64,000 nucleotides of DNA from an uncultured Oscillospiraceae bacterium (lineage in GTDB: Bacteria; Bacillota; Clostridia; Oscillospirales; Oscillospiraceae). Below, one piece after another: positions 16,303 to 25,226 of the stretch. Under the pieces are notes generated by a model. The model was not told the origin of the DNA, searched no databases, and worked only from the letters and a program-made list of their open reading frames with translations. Position numbers and translations under genes: made by a program. Positions within the stretch are counted from its first letter, which is position 1; the number at the start of each line of letters is the position of its first letter. Where the stretch lies: contig CAJUAC010000005.1 in assembly GCA_910583885.1 (NCBI GenBank), positions 16,508-80,507 on the forward strand, read 5' to 3'.

Positions 16303-19300
16303 ATGGATATCACAACAATACGGCAGCTTATCAGCCAATCCCAAGCAGTTTCTTTTGACCTGTTTGACACGCTGGTTGTGCGGCTCTTCCGGAAGCCAAC
16401 TGACCTGTTCGCGCATCTGGAGGAATCCACCCAGGCCACCGGCTTCCAGTCGGCCCGGATCGCCGCAGAGCAGGAGGCGCGCTCCCTGGCCGCCGGGTGC
16501 GGTGTACACGAGGTCACACTCGATGAGATCTACACCCAGCTGCACCCGTCCTATCAGCCGCTGCGGCAAAAGGAGCTGGCGCTGGAGCGGCTGATGTGCC
16601 AGGCAAATCCGGAGATGCAGGAGGTCTTCCGCTGTGCGCTGGAGAGCGGGAAGCCGGTCTTCATTGCCTCAGATATGTACCTCCCCAGGGAGGTAGTGAC
16701 GGCCATCCTGGAGGACGCTGGATACCAAGGCTATCAGAAGCTCCTGCTCTCATCGGAGACCCGCCGCCCCAAGGCGACAGGAGAGATGTATGAGGATTTG
16801 ATCGCTGTTTCCGGCCTGGAGGCTGGCCAGATCCTCCACATCGGGGACCACCCCTATACAGACGGCCAGGCCGCGCGGGAGAAGGGGCTGCAAACCTACA
16901 GCTATACGCCGCTGCGGCAGTCCGCCGGGAACAACCGGAACTCCGCCTATTTTGCTGTGCTGAACCGTTATGCGGAGCAGGAGCCCGCCGTCTCCATCCT
17001 GGAGGGGCTGGTGACAGCCTACGAGGCCAGCCAACCTGCCCACACCTACTGGGAGTCCTTTGGCTACAAGTACACCGGCATCCTCGCCTATGGGTATATG
17101 AAGTGGCTCAAGGAGCGGCTGGATCACCTGGGGATCACCAGGGTTTACTTCATGCTGCGGGACGGCTTTGTGCTCAAGCGCGTATTTGACAGGCTCTTCC
17201 CGCAGTTTGAGACGTATGAAATCTACGGCTCCAGGAGGCTCTTCCTCTTCGCGGGGATGCGGTCCTACCGCGATATCCAGCTCCACATTACAGGTCTCCA
17301 CACAAAGGGGATCACCTATGCCCAGTTCTGGGACAGGCTCAGCTTAGAGGACGAGGCGTTCCATGCGCGCTACCTGGAGTCTTTCCCCATGCAGGCGCAG
17401 CGGATTTCCAGCGAGGGGCAGCTGCGGGAGCTGGACGCCTTTATGGAGGCCCATGAGGCGGATCTGCTGGCGGCAGGCCGGGAGGAGCGGGCTGCCCTGG
17501 CGGCGTACTTCCAGCAGATCGACCTGCTGGAGGGCCCGGCTGCCATTGTTGATTTAGGCTGGAAGGGATCTATGCTGCGGGGGCTGGAGAACGTATGCCA
17601 TCTCTTGGGCCGCTCCGCAGAGCTCACGGGCTTTTTCCTGGGCACACACACCTGCAATACCCCCGGCCTGCGGGTGGAGTCCTACCTGCTGGACCACGGG
17701 CACGCAACCGGCGCGAGGAATGCGGAGGTGCTGCTGGACTACGGGTACATTGTCCCGATTTTGGAGTCCGCCTTTTCCGCCCCCCACCAGAGCATCCTCA
17801 AGCTGAAGCAGCAGGACGGGGAAATGATCCCCATTTATCAGGACAGCAGCGCCCACGAGGAGGCGCGCAGCGGGATGTGCCGCCAGGTCCTTGACGGCAT
17901 ACTGGCGTTTGCTGCGGACATGGGCCGCATTGAGACGGTGTTCCCGCTCCCCATTTCCCGCGAGGCTGCCCTTGCCCCGATGGAGTACCTCTCCCGGTCC
18001 GCCAGCAAACCGGATCAGGTGCAGATACAGATGCAGAGCGTCTGCCCTGGCCTCGGGAATGACAGCAGCAACAGCCCCATTCTGCGGCAGGGCCGGCCTG
18101 TGATCGGTGTTGTCAACCCCTGGCCGGGGGATATGAGCGCGGAGTCCGAGGTGCTGGCGCGGCTGAAGCGGGCGGCAGAGGAAAATGGCATCGGCTATGT
18201 GATGCTGGACAATTTCGGCCATCTATTGGATGAACACCAGCGCGCGACCAGCACCTTTGTGGATGCGGATGATGTCAGCTTTATTCTCACGACCCATTAC
18301 GAGACGGCCAAGGTGCTGGACGCCTTCCACTACCACACCCTCTGGAACCCGCCGGAAATCCCGCTCAACCTGGACTACTATACCCAGCGCGTCACCAACC
18401 AATATCTGATGAACGAGGATTTCCTGATCTATGACGCCGGTGGCATGTCCAACCACCTGAAAGGGATGCTGCTCAACTGCCCCCGGACGCTGGAGGGTGC
18501 GTCCTCCCTGACAGCGTCCTTCCCCCTCAGCGCCATGCTGGCACCCCGGCTGGAGTCGCCCACCATGTTTTACTGCGGCATGAACTGGGAGAAAACGATC
18601 CATGGCAGCAACCGGCACGAGGGCCTGTTCAAGCTCCTGGACCGGACCGGGAAGGTAAAATTCTTCGGCCCGGAGGTTGTGGAGGCCTGGGGCGGCCTCC
18701 GGCCCTGGGAGGGGTACCAGTGCTATCAGTATTCCATCCCCTTTGACGGGTTCTCGATCCTGGAGGAGATCAACCAGTGCGGGATCTGCCTGGTACTCTC
18801 CTCCGACATACACCGGCGGGCAGGCAGCGCCACAAACCGCACCTATGAGGCCTGTGCCGCCGGGGCCGTCATCATCTCGGACGACAACGCCTTCATGCTG
18901 AAGTATTTTTCGGATGCTGCGCTGTTTATTACCTACAACAGGAACAACCCCCAGGACACTTTCCGCCAGATCATGGAGAAGTACAGCTGGATTATCTCCC
19001 ACAGGGAGGAGGCCCTTGCCCTGGCCAGGCGGGCGCAGCAGATTTTCGCAGAAACATTCGCCCTGGACATCCAGCTGAAACAGATTGTCGCAGCCCACCC
19101 TGCCCGCTTTGCCCAGGTCGCAGGGGACCTGTATGCAAAGGACGACGGGCAGACCGTTCTGGTGACTTATGTGCTCAATACCCAGGAGATGGGTACAGCA
19201 AAGGCACAGCTGGACAGCGTATTCCGGAATATCCACCGCCAGCTCTACCGCACCATCCAGCTTGCCATTGCGGCGGACCTGTCGATCTGCCAGGAGGTGC

Positions 19301-20103
19301 AGTCCTACTGCCTCGTGCGCTGTGCCTGTGCGCAGGTGGTTCCCATGGCGCTGTTTGACAAAAAGGGGGTCCGAAGCCTTACAGATGGCCAGGCCGTCCG
19401 CAGGCTGCAAAAACAGGTGGCCCATACCTATTCCATCAATACCAATGCTGAGGAGATCTGGTTTTTTGACCACATCACCGCCATGGCCCGCCAGATTGAG
19501 GACACCGGCGCACCCTGCGCCTACTCCGGGAGCGCATACCAGGACTGCCATGGATACCGCCGGGTGAATTTCTTTGAAAAACTGGGCACCAGCCATCTGT
19601 TCTATCAGAGCAAACCGGAACGGCCCCTGATGCCGGGGCAATTCCTGTTCCATGCGGACGCCCACGCACTGCTCCCGGACTATCTGTTTGACTGCTTGGA
19701 CGGCGGGGAGCACCTGGCCTATGCGGGGATCCTCCACTACAAATACGGGCAGATGCTTGCCTTTAGCCGGCGGATGAGCTTCTGCTTTACCCAGGAGGAA
19801 AAGGATACGCGCAGCAGCGTGCTGCCCGCCGCCATGCAGACGCGGTTTATCCAGGATCTGGTGCGTCTGGACCTGCCGGAGCAGGGGCCAGCGGAGGGGA
19901 CGCCTGCCGCATCAGTGCAGGCGGGAGAGATGCGGCGGATGGTCGCAGACGGGCTGCTGATCATGCCGCTGAAGAACCTGATCCGGCTGCGCTTCTACCG
20001 CATGAGGATGCGGAAGCTGGATCCGGGCGGCGAACGCTATCAGGCGCTAAACAGGAAATACAACGCTGTTTTGAAGCAATATGAAGATTTTTGGGGGATT
20101 TGA
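16303..20103 (+). CDS. 1266-aa multidomain protein: HAD hydrolase, X domain, GT-B/CgeB-like glycosyltransferase region, then a GT-A-like degenerate C-terminal region
   Basis: AAGGAG RBS. Motifs in order: FDLFDTLVVR...ASDMYL...HIGDHPYTD (HAD), YFMLRDG...IVDLGWKGSM (X), CGICLVLSSDIHRRAGSATNRTYEACAAGAVIISDD (GT1-like C-terminal motif region), then TVLVTYVLNTQE... (GT2-like beginning). The 130 codons upstream in the ORF track overlap the HAD gene and were rejected. Confidence 0.8.
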   Translation: MDITTIRQLISQSQAVSFDLFDTLVVRLFRKPTDLFAHLEESTQATGFQSARIAAEQEARSLAAGCGVHEVTLDEIYTQLHPSYQPLRQKELALERLMCQANPEMQEVFRCALESGKPVFIASDMYLPREVVTAILEDAGYQGYQKLLLSSETRRPKATGEMYEDLIAVSGLEAGQILHIGDHPYTDGQAAREKGLQTYSYTPLRQSAGNNRNSAYFAVLNRYAEQEPAVSILEGLVTAYEASQPAHTYWESFGYKYTGILAYGYMKWLKERLDHLGITRVYFMLRDGFVLKRVFDRLFPQFETYEIYGSRRLFLFAGMRSYRDIQLHITGLHTKGITYAQFWDRLSLEDEAFHARYLESFPMQAQRISSEGQLRELDAFMEAHEADLLAAGREERAALAAYFQQIDLLEGPAAIVDLGWKGSMLRGLENVCHLLGRSAELTGFFLGTHTCNTPGLRVESYLLDHGHATGARNAEVLLDYGYIVPILESAFSAPHQSILKLKQQDGEMIPIYQDSSAHEEARSGMCRQVLDGILAFAADMGRIETVFPLPISREAALAPMEYLSRSASKPDQVQIQMQSVCPGLGNDSSNSPILRQGRPVIGVVNPWPGDMSAESEVLARLKRAAEENGIGYVMLDNFGHLLDEHQRATSTFVDADDVSFILTTHYETAKVLDAFHYHTLWNPPEIPLNLDYYTQRVTNQYLMNEDFLIYDAGGMSNHLKGMLLNCPRTLEGASSLTASFPLSAMLAPRLESPTMFYCGMNWEKTIHGSNRHEGLFKLLDRTGKVKFFGPEVVEAWGGLRPWEGYQCYQYSIPFDGFSILEEINQCGICLVLSSDIHRRAGSATNRTYEACAAGAVIISDDNAFMLKYFSDAALFITYNRNNPQDTFRQIMEKYSWIISHREEALALARRAQQIFAETFALDIQLKQIVAAHPARFAQVAGDLYAKDDGQTVLVTYVLNTQEMGTAKAQLDSVFRNIHRQLYRTIQLAIAADLSICQEVQSYCLVRCACAQVVPMALFDKKGVRSLTDGQAVRRLQKQVAHTYSINTNAEEIWFFDHITAMARQIEDTGAPCAYSGSAYQDCHGYRRVNFFEKLGTSHLFYQSKPERPLMPGQFLFHADAHALLPDYLFDCLDGGEHLAYAGILHYKYGQMLAFSRRMSFCFTQEEKDTRSSVLPAAMQTRFIQDLVRLDLPEQGPAEGTPAASVQAGEMRRMVADGLLIMPLKNLIRLRFYRMRMRKLDPGGERYQALNRKYNAVLKQYEDFWGI

Positions 20104-20105
20104 CC

Positions 20106-21005
20106 ATGGACTATGTCGTGATTGGCGCGGGGGGCTTCCTCGGCTCCTACCTGCTGGAGGAGCTCCAGGCGGCGGGGCATCGGGTGCTCGCCACGGCGCG
20201 GTCGGTAGAAGGGCGCACCTGCGGGCCTCAAATTACCTGGCAGCGCTGTGACATCACAAAAGAGCGGGAGGCCGGCGCCCTGATAGAGCGGCTTTCCGGA
20301 CTGCCCGCCTGCCGGCTCTTTTATTTGGCCGCCTACCACCACCCAGATCTGGTGCAGAAACACCCCGGCAAGGCGTGGGAGACGAACATCACCGCCCTGT
20401 CGGCATTCCTGAACCAGGCGGCCAACGTGGGGGCGCTGTTCTATGCATCCACCGATGTGGTCTATGGGGAGGGCACCCTGGAGCGGCGCTTCCGGGAGCA
20501 GGATCCCCCGCGTCCTGTCAACCTGTATGGGAAGCATAAAGCCCTTGCTGAGCAGCTTGTGCTGGCCTGCGGGTACAACGTGGTCCGATTCCCCTTCCTC
20601 ATCGGGCCCAGCCGGGCGGCAGGGAAACAGCATTTCTACGATACGATTTGCGGGAGCCTGTCCCGGGGCATACCCATTGAAATGTTTGCTGACTCCTACC
20701 GCTCCGCCCTGAGCTTCCGGCAGGCGGCCCGCCTGCTGGTACAGGTTTCCGAGCTGGAGGGCTGCCCGGCGGTGCTCAATATCGCCTCAGACGACGCCCT
20801 GTCAAAATACGATACCGGCAGGATGATTGCAGAGAAACACGGCTACGATCCAACGCTGGTACGGCCTATCCGGTTCCGGGATGCCCAGGGGATTTTCGAG
20901 GTCCCGCGGGCAGGCACGGCACTGCTGGACAACACCCTCCTGAAGCGGATGCTGGGAGTGCCGGAGATCCACCTGCGGCTGGATGAGGAGGGAGCTGTCA
21001 GATGA
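20106..21005 (+). CDS. Extended SDR (RmlD/4-reductase-like) NAD(P)-dependent sugar-nucleotide reductase/epimerase
   Basis: GAGGFLGSYL Rossmann motif and catalytic YGKHK. 299 aa. ATG lies 3 nt after the previous stop. Confidence 0.8.
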   Translation: MDYVVIGAGGFLGSYLLEELQAAGHRVLATARSVEGRTCGPQITWQRCDITKEREAGALIERLSGLPACRLFYLAAYHHPDLVQKHPGKAWETNITALSAFLNQAANVGALFYASTDVVYGEGTLERRFREQDPPRPVNLYGKHKALAEQLVLACGYNVVRFPFLIGPSRAAGKQHFYDTICGSLSRGIPIEMFADSYRSALSFRQAARLLVQVSELEGCPAVLNIASDDALSKYDTGRMIAEKHGYDPTLVRPIRFRDAQGIFEVPRAGTALLDNTLLKRMLGVPEIHLRLDEEGAVR

Positions 21006-22003
21006 TTATGACAAAAGCGCCCTTCCGGATGTCCTTTTTCGGAGGAGGGACCGACTACCCGCCATTTTTTATGGAGCACGGGGGAAGCGTCCTCTCCACG
21101 ACATTTGACAAATATGTCTATGTCTCCGTGCGCCACCTCCCCCGTTTTTTTGCGTACCGCACGCAGGTCATCTACTCCAAAATTGAGCGGGTGGTATCCG
21201 AGGAGGAGCTGGAGCACCCCTTGGTCCGTGAGGCGATGCGGTATCTGGATATGCACAACCTGCATATCACCTATGACGCAGATCTGCCCGCCCGCTCTGG
21301 CCTGGGGTCCAGCAGCGCCTTTGCGGCGGCGCTGATCGGTGCGTTCCACGCCCTGAAGGGGCAGTATGTCCCACCGGGGCAGCTGGCGGAGGAGTGCATC
21401 TACGTGGAGCGCACACTCTGCGGGGAGGACGGCGGGTGGCAGGATCAGATTGCGGCCTGCTATGGGGGCTTTAACCGCATTGATTTCAAGGGGAGCCAGT
21501 TTGAAGTCCACCCGCTGATTATCCCCAAGGAGAGGAAGCAGGCCCTCAACCGGAACTTGATGCTGTTTTTCACCGGCTTCACCCGCTTTTCCTCGGATAT
21601 TGCCAAGGAGCAGACGAAGGCGGCCTCCGAAAAGGAGCGGGAGCTGGAGGAGATGCTTGCCCTGGTGGATGAGGCGGAAAATGTACTGGTGAACCGGCAC
21701 GGGGATCTGGATGCCTTCGGCCATCTGCTCCACCACACATGGGTCCTCAAGCAGCGCATGTCGAAGAGGATATCAACGTCCCAGCTGGATGAAATCTATG
21801 AGGCTGCCCGGCGTGCCGGTGCGCTGGGGGGCAAGCTGCTGGGGGCAGGCGGCGGGGGGTTCTTTGTGTTTTATGTGCCTGCCCAGTACCAGGAAGGCGT
21901 AAAAAATGCCCTATCCGGGCTGCTGCATGTCCCATTTTCCTTTGAAGAGGATGGGACAAAGGTGCTGTACTATGTACCGGAGGACTACGAAAAGGAGAAT
22001 TAG
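21002..22003 (+). CDS. hddA: GHMP kinase, D-glycero-alpha-D-manno-heptose-7-phosphate kinase (HddA-like)
   Basis: APFRMSFFGGGTDYPPF, LPARSGLGSSSAF and GGWQDQ are the HddA/fucokinase-type GHMP pattern. The gene sits in a heptose context. Confidence 0.75.
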   Translation: MIMTKAPFRMSFFGGGTDYPPFFMEHGGSVLSTTFDKYVYVSVRHLPRFFAYRTQVIYSKIERVVSEEELEHPLVREAMRYLDMHNLHITYDADLPARSGLGSSSAFAAALIGAFHALKGQYVPPGQLAEECIYVERTLCGEDGGWQDQIAACYGGFNRIDFKGSQFEVHPLIIPKERKQALNRNLMLFFTGFTRFSSDIAKEQTKAASEKERELEEMLALVDEAENVLVNRHGDLDAFGHLLHHTWVLKQRMSKRISTSQLDEIYEAARRAGALGGKLLGAGGGGFFVFYVPAQYQEGVKNALSGLLHVPFSFEEDGTKVLYYVPEDYEKEN

Positions 22004-22004
22004 T

Positions 22005-23018
22005 ATGAGAAAACGGGCTTTGATTACAGGAATGACAGGGATGGTCGGATCCCATATGGCAGACTACCTGCTGGAGAACACTGACTGGGACATCTTCGGG
22101 ATGCAGCGCTGGCGCAGCCCGCTGGATAACATCATGCACTTGATGCCCAGGATCAATGGGAAGGACCGGGTTTTTGTGGTATACGGCGATTTAAATGACA
22201 TGGCGAGCCTGGCTAATGTCCTCAACGAGGTCCAGCCGGACTACATCTACCATCTGGCCGCGCAGAGCTATCCGCTGACAAGCTTTACCGCACCGGCCGA
22301 TACGCTCAACACGAACATCCTGGGGACCTGCCGCCTGCTGGAGTCTGTGCGCCAGCTGAAGCTGGATCCAGTGATCCACGTGTGCGCCTCCAGTGAGGTG
22401 TTTGGGCGCGTCACGGCGGACAAGCTCCCCATCGATGAGTCGTGCTGTTTCCAGCCGGCGTCGCCCTACGCCATTTCCAAGGTGGGCACGGATCTGATCG
22501 GCCGCTTTTACGCAGAGGCCTACGGCATGACCGTGATGACAACCCGCATGTTCACACACACCGGCCCCCGCCGCGGCGACGTGTTCCATGAATCTACATT
22601 TGCCAAGCAGGTGGCAATGATTGAGGCGGGGCGGCAGCCGCCGGTCATCAAGGTGGGCAACCTGGATTCGCTCAGGACCTACGCAGATGTCCGCGACGCG
22701 GTGCGGGCCTACTATCTGCTGACAACGGTAAACCCGATACCGGGGGAGTATTACAATATCGGCGGCACCTACACCTGTACGGTAGGGGATACCCTCCAGT
22801 ATTTCATTGACCACTCCACGATGAAAGAGGCCATCCGCGTTGAGGTGGATCCGGCGCGCTTACGGCCGATCGACGCGGATTTGCAGGTTCCAAACTGTGA
22901 GAAGTTTACAAAGCACACCGGCTGGACGCCAGTATATCCCTATCAGCAGACAATGGACGACCTGCTGTCCTACTGGCGGGAGAAGCTTCAGCACACTGGG
23001 ACATACATTGACAGGTGA
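22005..23018 (+). CDS. Extended SDR, GDP-sugar 4,6-dehydratase/Rmd-like
   Basis: ALITGMTGMVGSHM, SSEVFG and YAISK (S/Y/K triad). 337 aa. The assignment of dehydratase versus reductase between this gene and the one at 20106 is uncertain. Confidence 0.75.
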   Translation: MRKRALITGMTGMVGSHMADYLLENTDWDIFGMQRWRSPLDNIMHLMPRINGKDRVFVVYGDLNDMASLANVLNEVQPDYIYHLAAQSYPLTSFTAPADTLNTNILGTCRLLESVRQLKLDPVIHVCASSEVFGRVTADKLPIDESCCFQPASPYAISKVGTDLIGRFYAEAYGMTVMTTRMFTHTGPRRGDVFHESTFAKQVAMIEAGRQPPVIKVGNLDSLRTYADVRDAVRAYYLLTTVNPIPGEYYNIGGTYTCTVGDTLQYFIDHSTMKEAIRVEVDPARLRPIDADLQVPNCEKFTKHTGWTPVYPYQQTMDDLLSYWREKLQHTGTYIDR

Positions 23019-23023
23019 CGGCC

Positions 23024-23404
23024 ATGTTGAAACGATTAAAGCCGGATTTTACCCATCGGGACGGGCGCGGATCCCTTGTCCAACTGGTCAGGGCGGGCTA
23101 TACGCAGTTCAATGTTATTACCAGCAGGGCGGGGGCGGAGCGGGGACGCCACTTCCACAAGCGTAATGGCGAAGCCTTTTACATCATCAGCGGGAAGGTG
23201 CGCGTTGATGTCAGCAGCCACGGGCAACGGGAGAGCTACCAGTTTGGAGACGGGGACTTCTTTTCCATTGAACCGCTGGATTTGCACAGCTTTTCCTTTA
23301 TTGAGGACACTGTCCTGGCGAGTATGTACGACCTTGGCGTGGAGCTGGAGGACGGGAAGAAGGATATTTATGATGAAGCAGAGTACAAAGCATATACTAA
23401 ATGA
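23024..23404 (+). CDS. Small cupin-fold sugar-nucleotide epimerase/ketoisomerase-like protein
   Basis: About 126 aa. DGRGSLVQL...ERGRHFHKRNGEAFYIISGKV is the cupin motif as in WxcM/FdtA/RmlC-type enzymes. An alternative GTG start is at 23015. Confidence 0.65.
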   Translation: MLKRLKPDFTHRDGRGSLVQLVRAGYTQFNVITSRAGAERGRHFHKRNGEAFYIISGKVRVDVSSHGQRESYQFGDGDFFSIEPLDLHSFSFIEDTVLASMYDLGVELEDGKKDIYDEAEYKAYTK

Positions 23405-24020
23405 TCTGATTGTGCGCTATCCGGCGCTGGATTGCTGTAAGGAGGGGATTTTCTCCGCTGTCGCAGTCAGCGCCCGCGCCTATGCGGAGGGCGGCAAGGT
23501 GCTGGCCTGCGGCAATGGCGGGAGCGCTGCTGACAGTATGCACATTGTGGGGGAATTGATGAAGGGGTTTACCCTGCCACGGAAGCTGCCGGAGGCGCTC
23601 TGCCAGCAGATCGCCCAGACGTCCCCGGAGACGGCGGCTTACCTGACAGAAAATTTACAGCAGGCCCTGCCCGCGATCTCCCTGGTGGGGGAAACCGCGC
23701 TCTCCACAGCCTACAGCAACGACATTTCGCCCGTCCTATGCTTTGCACAGCAGGTCCTAGCCCATGGGAAGGCGGGGGATATTTTGCTGGGGATATCCAC
23801 CTCGGGCAATTCAGCAAATGTCATTTACGCGGCCCAGATGGCACGTGTGAAGGGGATGCAGGTCATCGCTCTGACAGGGGGAACAGGGGGCGGACTGGTG
23901 GATTGGGCGGATGTACCCATCATTGTACCGGCCTCAGTAACCTATCACATCCAGGAGCTGCATCTGCCGGTCTATCACGCCTACTGCCTGGCACTGGAAA
24001 ATGAATTTTTCGGAGGATAA
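23370..24020 (+). CDS. gmhA: SIS-domain phosphoheptose isomerase
   Basis: KVLACGNGGSAADSMHIVGEL, ISTSGNSANV and the 216-aa length. Overlaps the cupin gene by 35 nt. Confidence 0.85.
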   Translation: MMKQSTKHILNDLIVRYPALDCCKEGIFSAVAVSARAYAEGGKVLACGNGGSAADSMHIVGELMKGFTLPRKLPEALCQQIAQTSPETAAYLTENLQQALPAISLVGETALSTAYSNDISPVLCFAQQVLAHGKAGDILLGISTSGNSANVIYAAQMARVKGMQVIALTGGTGGGLVDWADVPIIVPASVTYHIQELHLPVYHAYCLALENEFFGG

Positions 24021-24024
24021 GCGG

Positions 24025-24717
24025 ATGGAAGCAATTGTGTTGGCAGGTGGGTTGGGGACGCGGCTTGCCCACGTTGTAGCTGATGTCCCCAAGCCGATGG
24101 CACCGGTGTCAGGTACGCCGTTTTTACAACATATATTGGATCACCTCGTTCAGCAGGGGGTGTCGCATATCGTGCTGGCTGTGGGCTACAAAAAAGAGGC
24201 CATCACCAGCTATTTCCAAAACAGCTACCGGGGTGTACCAATCAGCTATTCGGTTGAAGAGTCCCCGCTGCTGACCGGGGGCGCGATCAAACAGGCGCTG
24301 GCATATTGTAGGGAAGATCCCGTGTTTATCAGCAACGGGGATACCTTGTTTGATGTGGACTATGCGCAGATGATGGCCGCCCACCAAGCGGCACATGCAG
24401 ACATCAGCATTGCGGTGAAGCCTATGGAACAGGTTGGGCGGTATGGCAGGGTGGCGTTCGATCAGGACATGCGGGTCCAATCATTCCACGAGAAGGGCTT
24501 CTGTGAAAAGGGTGCCATCAATGGTGGGGTGTACCTTCTGCAAAGAGGGGTGGTTGATACCATTACCGCAAATAAATTCAGCTTTGAAAAGGATGTCATG
24601 GAGGATCATCCCGCAGGCAAACGGATATTTGCCTGCCCATCTGCGGGCTATTTTATTGATATCGGCGTCCCGGAGGACTACGAAAAGGCGCAGAAGGATT
24701 TCCAGGAGAGGCGATGA
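24025..24717 (+). CDS. hddC: D-glycero-alpha-D-manno-heptose-1-phosphate guanylyltransferase-like nucleotidyltransferase
   Basis: MEAIVLAGGLGTRL....PKPMAPV is the NTP-transferase signature. 230 aa, in a heptose context. Confidence 0.75.
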   Translation: MEAIVLAGGLGTRLAHVVADVPKPMAPVSGTPFLQHILDHLVQQGVSHIVLAVGYKKEAITSYFQNSYRGVPISYSVEESPLLTGGAIKQALAYCREDPVFISNGDTLFDVDYAQMMAAHQAAHADISIAVKPMEQVGRYGRVAFDQDMRVQSFHEKGFCEKGAINGGVYLLQRGVVDTITANKFSFEKDVMEDHPAGKRIFACPSAGYFIDIGVPEDYEKAQKDFQERR

Positions 24718-25202
24718 GACGGGCAGCATTTTTTGACCGTGATGGGACAATCAACGTAAATTTCGGCCATGTGTATCAGAGGGAACGCCTTGTATTTGTT
24801 GCGGGAATTCCAGAGCTGATCGCCGGATATAACCGGAGCGGCATCCCGGTGATTGTAATCACCAATCAGGCTGGGATAGCCAAGGGGATGTACACGGAGG
24901 CCGACATGCACCAGTTCCATATATATATGAATGGACGCCTGGAGGAACTGTATGGGGCGCATATCGATGCGTTCTATTTCTGTCCGCACCATCCCGATTT
25001 TACTGGGCCATGTACTTGCCGCAAACCAGCCCCAGGGATGTTTTTTGCAGCTGCCAGGGACTGGCAGATCTCCTTGCAGGGGTCCACCATGTATGGGGAC
25101 AAGGAAACGGACCGATTGGCTGCCCAGCGGGCGGGGATTATGGATTTCCGTCCCGTTTCCTGCCGGGAAAATATCAGTGAAACTGGAGAGAAGTTGTCAT
25201 GA
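24714..25202 (+). CDS. gmhB: D,D-heptose 1,7-bisphosphate phosphatase (HAD-IIIA)
   Basis: AAFFDRDGTINV, VITNQAGIAKG and CPHHP....C.CRKP (Zn-binding loop). 162 aa. Confidence 0.85.
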   Translation: MRRAAFFDRDGTINVNFGHVYQRERLVFVAGIPELIAGYNRSGIPVIVITNQAGIAKGMYTEADMHQFHIYMNGRLEELYGAHIDAFYFCPHHPDFTGPCTCRKPAPGMFFAAARDWQISLQGSTMYGDKETDRLAAQRAGIMDFRPVSCRENISETGEKLS

Positions 25203-25226
25203 ATAGGACAGCTGGAATTCCATAGT

